A stretch of DNA of 32,000 nt from Leifsonia sp. NPDC080035 (lineage in GTDB: Bacteria > Actinomycetota > Actinomycetes > Actinomycetales > Microbacteriaceae). Below are positions 26,821 through 32,000 of this stretch, in pieces (the first letter of the stretch is position 1; every line of letters starts with the position of its first letter). The position numbers and the translations under genes are program-made. The DNA lies in assembly GCF_040050925.1 (NCBI RefSeq), contig NZ_CP157390.1, positions 885,981 through 917,980 of the forward strand. The letters are read 5' to 3'. Under the pieces are notes generated by a model. It had not been told where the DNA came from. It saw only the letters and a program-made list of their open reading frames with translations, and ran no database searches.

Positions 26821-27852
26821 TCACCAGCGGCGCTCCACCTCCTCGACGTGCCCGAACACGCCGGAGAAGGCGATCTCCTCGCCGGTGAGACGGATGCGGC
26901 CCTCGTAGTGGCCGAAGCAGCTGTCGGCGCGGCTCTTGACGATCCACCGGTCGAACAGGTGCTGCGAGTGGTGCTCGGGCCGGAACGTGATCTGGACGTC
27001 TGGGCCGGCGATCGTCCACGGCGCCGTCCAGTTCTGCGGGTCGTAACGCCAGTCCAGGTGGTTCTGGATCTTGTGCAGGCGACCGTCCAGCCGCACCCAG
27101 TTCTCGGACGACGGCGTGCCGTCCGTCCACTTGCCGCCGAGCTGCAGGCCGAGCGCCCGGCCGTCGCTCGTTCGACCGACGCCGGCGCCCCAGTTCCAGA
27201 ACGTGAAGTACGGCCAGCGCCCTCGGCCGCGGTCGTGCACGGCAGTCGCGGTGTGCGGCTCGATCCGGTGGGTGACCCCGTCGACGACCGCGACGCCCTC
27301 CGCCGCCAGGCTGTTGTCTTTCTTCGTGTATTGGAAGGCGCGCGTGCTCCACGGCACCACGACACCCATCGATTCGTGGTCGGGAGCGGCCAGCACCCGG
27401 ATGTCCGCCTGGATGCGCGGGGACTCCGCCTGGATGCGCGTCCCGGTCCCCTGCGGAGTGAAACGCACCAGCACGTCCTTCCGGCGCGCCTCCATCGGCG
27501 CGGTGTTGTGCTCGTCGCGCATCCCGCCCGGTCCCGGGAACCAGGTGTTTCCGCCCTGGCGGATCTCGGCGTAGCGCTCGCGGTCTGCGAAGGTCGCCGA
27601 CACGTTCGCGCGGTAGTCGTGGTGCGAGATGTTGAAGGTGAGGATGGCGTCCGGCGTGGTGATCGCCCAGTACTCGAAGCGCTTGTTGCGGCCCCAGCCG
27701 GGCAGCCCGGTGCGGTGCAGCGCCCTCCGCGTCCAGCCGACGGCGTCGGGGTTGAGGGCGCCGTCCGGACGGCACAGATCGACGGGCACGACGATCTCGC
27801 GCTCGGCGATCCTCTCGCCTCCGGGCGCGACGGCGCGCAGGGGTAGTCTCAC
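26821..27852 (-). CDS. DUF2804-family protein (function unknown)
   Basis: 343 aa, GTG start. The N-terminus EREIVVPVDLCRPDGALNPDAVGWTRRALHRTGLPGWGRNKRFEYWAITTP, together with DRGRGRWPYFTFWNWGAG and LGGKWTDGT, matches my memory of the DUF2804 (PF10974) pattern. The family call is not verified by search. Confidence 0.75.
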   Translation of the reverse strand: MRLPLRAVAPGGERIAEREIVVPVDLCRPDGALNPDAVGWTRRALHRTGLPGWGRNKRFEYWAITTPDAILTFNISHHDYRANVSATFADRERYAEIRQGGNTWFPGPGGMRDEHNTAPMEARRKDVLVRFTPQGTGTRIQAESPRIQADIRVLAAPDHESMGVVVPWSTRAFQYTKKDNSLAAEGVAVVDGVTHRIEPHTATAVHDRGRGRWPYFTFWNWGAGVGRTSDGRALGLQLGGKWTDGTPSSENWVRLDGRLHKIQNHLDWRYDPQNWTAPWTIAGPDVQITFRPEHHSQHLFDRWIVKSRADSCFGHYEGRIRLTGEEIAFSGVFGHVEEVERRW

Positions 27853-27910
27853 GGGAACCTCTCTCTCGCGGGTGCGGTGTTGTGCGCGGCGACGCGCGGA
27901 ACGGATCGGG

Positions 27911-28810
27911 TCAGCCCTTGGTCGCGCCGTCGGCGAGGCCGCGGATCAGCCACTTCTGGACGACGAGCGCGAGCACGACCACGGGGATGACGGTCAGCAT
28001 CCCGGCCGCGGCGAGCGCGCCCCAGTTGGCCCCGTGCTCGGTGTCGCCGACCATCCCGGCGATCGCCACCGGGACGGTCGTCGCCTTGCGGTTGGTGAGG
28101 ACGAGCGCGAAGAGCAGCTCCTCCCACGCCAGGATGATGCTGAAGATGAACGTGGAGATCAGGCCGGGGGCGGAGATCGGCACGATGATGCGGAAGAAGG
28201 CGCCCATCCTGGAGCAGCCGTCGAGCATCGCGGACTCCTCGAGCTCCTTCGGCAGCGCCAGGAAGAAGCCCCGCATCAGCCACATCACGTAGGGGATGAC
28301 GAACGAGCAGTAGGCGAGGATCAGCGTGATGTGGGTGTCGGTGATCCCGAGTGTCCTGGCGACCAGGAACATCGGGACGGCGAGCGCGATCGGCGGCACC
28401 CCGCGGGAGGCGAGGATGAGCACGCCGATCGTCGCGGCGCCCCGGATGCGCAGCCGGGCCAACGCGTAGCCCGCCATCGCCCCGGCGACCAGCGACACCA
28501 GTCCGGCGCCGAGCGCGACGATGACGGTGTTCACCATCTTCGGGCCGAGGCCCTGGTTCACCCAGGCGTCGATGTACTGACTGATCGTCGGGTCGAAGAA
28601 GATGGTCGGCGGCACGGTGAAGATGTCGCGCTGGAACTTGAACGACGTGATGAGCATCCACACCAGGGGCAGCATGAAGAGGATGCACACGACGACGCCC
28701 GCCCAGACCCGGGCGCGGTGGCCGCTGCGGCGGCGGCGCTGCGCGGGGCGCTCGCTGCGGATGTCCCGGTGCGACGGTGCAGTGGCCGGCCGTTCTGCGG
28801 TGGCGGTCAT
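27911..28810 (-). CDS. Carbohydrate ABC transporter permease (CUT1, MalG-like)
   Basis: Internal ATG of ORF 27911..29395, overlapping the upstream stop (ATGA). 299 aa, 6 TMS, with EAA loop LEESAMLDGCSRMGAFFRIIVPISAPG. Confidence 0.92.
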   Translation of the reverse strand: MTATAERPATAPSHRDIRSERPAQRRRRSGHRARVWAGVVVCILFMLPLVWMLITSFKFQRDIFTVPPTIFFDPTISQYIDAWVNQGLGPKMVNTVIVALGAGLVSLVAGAMAGYALARLRIRGAATIGVLILASRGVPPIALAVPMFLVARTLGITDTHITLILAYCSFVIPYVMWLMRGFFLALPKELEESAMLDGCSRMGAFFRIIVPISAPGLISTFIFSIILAWEELLFALVLTNRKATTVPVAIAGMVGDTEHGANWGALAAAGMLTVIPVVVLALVVQKWLIRGLADGATKG

Positions 28811-29730
28811 ACCCGGTCCTCCAGCTTCTTGCTCCCCCACAGGAACACCAGCGTGAGCACCGTCGTCAGCACCAGCACGATGACCGCCATGGCCGAGGAC
28901 TCGCTGAACCGGAGCAGTTGGAAGGCCTGCTGGTAGATGTAGAGGTTGACGACGTCCGTGGCCTGGCCCGGGCCTCCGTTCGTGGTGGTCAGGATGATGT
29001 CGAACATCTTCACGGCGCCGAGCCAGCGCACGATGAAGGTCGCGGCGATGATCGGCGCGAGCATCGGGAGACTGATCCGCCAGAGCGTCTGCCACCAGTT
29101 CGCCCCGTCCACCTGCGCCGCCTCGAAGACGTCCTTCGGCAGGGCGAGAAGTGCGGCAGAGGCGATCAGCACGACGAACGGCACCGATCGCCAGGTGTCG
29201 ATGATGACCACGCTGATCATGGACATCGTCGCGTCGCCGAACCAGTTGATCGGCGGCAGGCCGACGAGCGAGGTCGCCCAGCCGACCACGCCCCAGAGCG
29301 GGTCGAGCAGCATCTTCCAGATGCCGCCGGAGACGACAGGGGCGACCACCATCGGGATGAGGAAGAGGGCGCGGACGACGCCGCGCCCCCTCCACTCGGC
29401 GTTGAGCAGGAAGGCGATCGCGAACCCGAGCACGATCTGCAGCGGCAGCGCGAGCACCAGGTACACGCCCGTCACGACGAGCGAGTTCTGGAACCTCTCG
29501 CTGCCGAGCGCCTTCGTGTAGTTCTCCAGCCCGACGAACTGGGACGGGGAGAAGGTGCTCAGGTCGAACGATGAGAAGCTGATCTGCAGGGTGTACAGCA
29601 GCGGGTAGGCGAGCACGGCCACCAGCAGCACGGTCGCGGGGATCATGAACGACCAGCGGCCGAGCACATCCCGCATCCGCGCCGAGCGGCGGGACGGCAG
29701 CGTCTTCCGCTTCGAGAGCGCGATCGTCAT
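28807..29730 (-). CDS. Carbohydrate ABC transporter permease (CUT1, MalF-like)
   Basis: 307 aa, 6 TMS, with EAA loop VFEAAQVDGANWWQTLWRISLPMLAP. It starts 4 nt after the SBP stop. Confidence 0.92.
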   Translation of the reverse strand: MTIALSKRKTLPSRRSARMRDVLGRWSFMIPATVLLVAVLAYPLLYTLQISFSSFDLSTFSPSQFVGLENYTKALGSERFQNSLVVTGVYLVLALPLQIVLGFAIAFLLNAEWRGRGVVRALFLIPMVVAPVVSGGIWKMLLDPLWGVVGWATSLVGLPPINWFGDATMSMISVVIIDTWRSVPFVVLIASAALLALPKDVFEAAQVDGANWWQTLWRISLPMLAPIIAATFIVRWLGAVKMFDIILTTTNGGPGQATDVVNLYIYQQAFQLLRFSESSAMAVIVLVLTTVLTLVFLWGSKKLEDRV

Positions 29731-29734
29731 CCGC

Positions 29735-31099
29735 CTACTCCGCCAGCAGTTCGTCGATCTGGCTCTCGGCCTTCTTCAGCGCCTGGGCGCTGGAGATCTG
29801 GCCGAGCACCGCCGCGCTCGTCTGGTCGGCGAGCGCCTGCTGGATGGCGTTGGACTGCGGCGAGCGCGGCCGCCACATCTCGCCCTTCGCGGCCACGTCG
29901 TACGCGTTCTGCAGGGTCGAGAACACCGGCGCGAGCCACGGCTGACCCGGGGTGGAGGCGAGAGTGGACTTGCGGGCGGGGAACGAGCCGAACGTGTCGG
30001 TGCACCACTTCTCGCCGTCCTTGGAGCTCATCCACTGCAGGAACGTCCAGGCCGCCTCCGGATGCTTCGAGTTCTTGAACACGGCACCGCTCCAGATGCC
30101 GCGGTGCGTGCTCGCGCTCTTCGAGCCGACCGGCATGGTCTGGATGCCGACCTGCTCGGGGGTGAGCTTGGTCACCGCCGGGTCGACGGCCGCCGACTTG
30201 TACGCGCTGCCCCAGGTGAAGATCGTGGCGATCTTGCCCTGGCGGAAGGCGTCGAGTGGCTCCGTGTAGTTGTAGGCCTGCGCACCGGGAGGGGCGTACT
30301 TCAGCAGGTCCACCTGCGTCTGCAACGCGGCGGCGCCTGCCTTGGTGTCGAAGGCCGGTTTCATGTCGTCGGTGAAGAGCTTCCCGCCGTTCGAGTTGAG
30401 CACGGCCTGCCAGAACGGCGGCGACAGCACGCCCTTCTGCCAGGTGAGGCCGACCGCCCAGGAGTCGGTCTTGCCGTCGCCGTTCGTGTCCTGTACGAGC
30501 TTCGGCGCCTCATCCAGATACTGGTCCCAGGTGAGCTCCGGGGTCGGCGCGTCGAGACCGGCTTTGGCGTAGAGGTCCTTGTTGTAGAACATCAGCAGCA
30601 TGTTGGAGCGCAGCGGGACACCGTACTGGCCCCCGTTCCACTCGCTCGCCGCGAGCGGGGCGGAGTTGAAGTCGGACCAGTCGTAGTCCTTCTCGGTCCA
30701 GGAGCCGGCGTCCTTCTTGAGGTCGAGCAGCACGCCGGCCTGCGCCATCTGCGGGGTCCACGGGTCGTCGAGCGTGATCAGGTCGTACTGCGGGTCGGTG
30801 TCCGTGCCGTTGAGCATCCCCTTGGCGAGCAGGTCGTCGTAGGGGGTCGAGTCGATCGTGACGTCGATGTACGGGTACTTCTTGTTGAACTCGGGGACGA
30901 GCTGCTCCTGCCACTGCTGGGCGAACGCGTCGTTGGACATCATGGTGATCGCGACGTGCTTCTCGGCGGTGCCGAGACCGCCGCCGTCGGCGGCCTTCGT
31001 GCCGCCGTCTTCGCCGCTGCACGCGGTGAGCGCAGCGGCCGTTGCCGTGAACGCTGCGGCGATGCCGAGCAGCCGGCGCACCCGGGGGGAACGGGTCAT
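29735..31099 (-). CDS. ABC transporter extracellular sugar-binding lipoprotein (SBP family 1)
   Basis: Internal ATG of ORF 29735..31183, with SD AGGAGA upstream; 454 aa. The lipoprotein signal is MTRSPRVRRLLGIAAAFTATAAALTAC, with lipobox LTAC followed by SGEDGG. The body is a typical family-1 SBP (DVTIDSTPYDDLL, ITLDDPWTPQMAQAG). Confidence 0.9.
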   Translation of the reverse strand: MTRSPRVRRLLGIAAAFTATAAALTACSGEDGGTKAADGGGLGTAEKHVAITMMSNDAFAQQWQEQLVPEFNKKYPYIDVTIDSTPYDDLLAKGMLNGTDTDPQYDLITLDDPWTPQMAQAGVLLDLKKDAGSWTEKDYDWSDFNSAPLAASEWNGGQYGVPLRSNMLLMFYNKDLYAKAGLDAPTPELTWDQYLDEAPKLVQDTNGDGKTDSWAVGLTWQKGVLSPPFWQAVLNSNGGKLFTDDMKPAFDTKAGAAALQTQVDLLKYAPPGAQAYNYTEPLDAFRQGKIATIFTWGSAYKSAAVDPAVTKLTPEQVGIQTMPVGSKSASTHRGIWSGAVFKNSKHPEAAWTFLQWMSSKDGEKWCTDTFGSFPARKSTLASTPGQPWLAPVFSTLQNAYDVAAKGEMWRPRSPQSNAIQQALADQTSAAVLGQISSAQALKKAESQIDELLAE

Positions 31100-31196
31100 G
31101 GTTTCATCTCCTCGTCGTTGTGGAAGATCCGCGACCGGGACCGTGGAGCGGGGGTGCATCACGCGATCGCAGATGCCACTCAATCAGCATTACCGA

Positions 31197-31240
31197 AATA
31201 TTGCAACGTGGAAACATCACAATATTGCAACGTGGAAACA
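31197..31240. promoter_or_regulatory. Tandem duplicated 20-bp operator-like repeat (AATATTGCAACGTGGAAACA x2, 24-bp period) between the LacI gene and the sugar ABC operon
   Basis: Perfect 20/20 direct repeat at 31197..31216 and 31221..31240. Each unit contains the imperfect dyad TTGCAAC|GTGGAAA with a central CG (5 of 7 half-site positions symmetric), as in LacI-family operators. The repeat is AT-rich relative to its surroundings. Confidence 0.55.
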
Positions 31241-31284
31241 GCGTGTCACTCTCTGCTGCACGTCACCGCCGTTACGATGACCGG

Positions 31285-32000
31285 GTGACGACCGAAACTC
31301 CGCCACCGGGGCGCCGACCGAACGGGCCGCCGACGCTCAAGGATGTGGCGGCGGTGGCCGGCGTCTCCTACCGCACCGTCTCCAACGTCGTGAACGGGCA
31401 CCGGTACATCAGCCAGGCGACCCGCGACAAGGTGGAGGCGGCGATCGCCGAGCTCGACTACCGCCCGCAGCTGGCGGCGCGGCAGCTGCGCAGCGGGCGC
31501 AGCAACCTGCTGACGCTCTCGGTGCCGTTCGTGTCGCATCCCTACTTCGCGCAGCTGGCCCACGCGGTCGTCGGGCAGGCGGAGACGTTCGGCTACGACG
31601 TCGTCATCGACGAGACCCGCGGCATCCTGGAGCGGGAGCTGCGGGTGGCAGGCGGGTTCCGGGCCATCCTGACCGACGGCATCCTGTTCAGCCCACTCAC
31701 CATCGACCTCGAGCGCTTCGAGGCGGAGCGGGGACCGACGCCGCTGGTCCTGCTGGGCGAGCGGTTCCGCAGCGACCGGATCGACTCGGTGGTCGTGGAC
31801 AACGTCGGCTCGACCAGTGAGGTCACCCGGACAATGCTCGACGACGGCCGCACGCGTCTGGCGTTCCTCGGCGACGTGGAGCGAGGCACGGTCGGAGCGG
31901 CGCCCGCGGATCTGCGTCTCGCCGGCTTCATGCGCGCGCTCGACGCCGCCGATCTCTCCCCCGTCCGCGTCGTCTCCGTCTCGCAGTGGGACCAGGTGAA
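31285..32000 (+). CDS. LacI-family transcriptional regulator, N-terminal about 238 codons; continues beyond the window end
   Basis: Absent from the ORF track because it is open at the edge. From the GTG at 31285 (TACGAT 6 nt upstream) it reads VTTETPPPGRRPNGPPTLKDVAAVAGVSYRTVSNVVNGHRYISQATRDKVEAAIAELDYRPQLAARQLRSGRSNLLTLSVP. This is the canonical LacI HTH plus hinge. A periplasmic-binding-protein-like core follows (FGYDVVIDETRG..., RLAFLGD). Confidence 0.88.
   Translation, partial: MTTETPPPGRRPNGPPTLKDVAAVAGVSYRTVSNVVNGHRYISQATRDKVEAAIAELDYRPQLAARQLRSGRSNLLTLSVPFVSHPYFAQLAHAVVGQAETFGYDVVIDETRGILERELRVAGGFRAILTDGILFSPLTIDLERFEAERGPTPLVLLGERFRSDRIDSVVVDNVGSTSEVTRTMLDDGRTRLAFLGDVERGTVGAAPADLRLAGFMRALDAADLSPVRVVSVSQWDQV

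Noticed and set aside
31153-31178. GCATC-ACGCGATCGC-AGATGC, an apparent extended palindrome around GCGATCGC, as a second operator.
   Set aside because: The outer arms are offset by 1 nt relative to the centre of the inner 8-bp palindrome, so it is not a true dyad. Short GC palindromes are expected by chance.

Overview
Very GC-rich segment (about 70% GC by eye, third codon positions nearly saturated with G/C), typical of an actinobacterial chromosome. It is densely packed with about 29 protein genes on both strands. I recognise no rRNA, tRNA, CRISPR, IS/transposase, integrase, phage or defence genes.

Genes in order:
- partial proline iminopeptidase, YpfJ-like Zn metallopeptidase, malate dehydrogenase, acyl-CoA oxidase, NUDIX hydrolase
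- an orphan hexapeptide-repeat protein and a frameshifted GH3 beta-glucosidase
- an MFS transporter, then an APC permease and Zn alcohol dehydrogenase with a divergent PucR regulator
- RecQ helicase, and a RibD_C (DHFR-like) protein translationally coupled to an EamA transporter
- an AAT-type amino-acid permease and a dedicated ECF transporter (S, fused AA', T)
- a DHA2 MFS efflux pump with an overlapping MarR gene
- an animal-type (peroxidase-cyclooxygenase superfamily) haem peroxidase and a PAP2 phosphatase
- a LacI-controlled CUT1 sugar ABC importer operon that also carries a DUF2804 protein and an orphan 103-aa protein

Many long ORFs in the supplied track are antisense or out-of-frame artefacts of the GC content. 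I do not see a clear-cut novel multi-gene system.

Best follow-up candidates:
1. The sugar-importer operon whose only non-transport cargo is DUF2804 plus an orphan protein, under a duplicated 20-bp operator.
2. The cytoplasmic animal-type haem peroxidase, divergent from the MFS-MarR operon.
3. A 57-nt palindromic element present twice, both times between convergent genes.
4. A 9-nt periodic C-rich spacer with two in-frame UAG codons between the ADH and permease genes.
5. A GH3 gene broken at an (AC)4 tract.
6. A recurrent TANNNT + 6-7 nt + start-codon (leaderless-type) architecture at about ten genes.

All family names come from motif recognition by eye. No database search was run.
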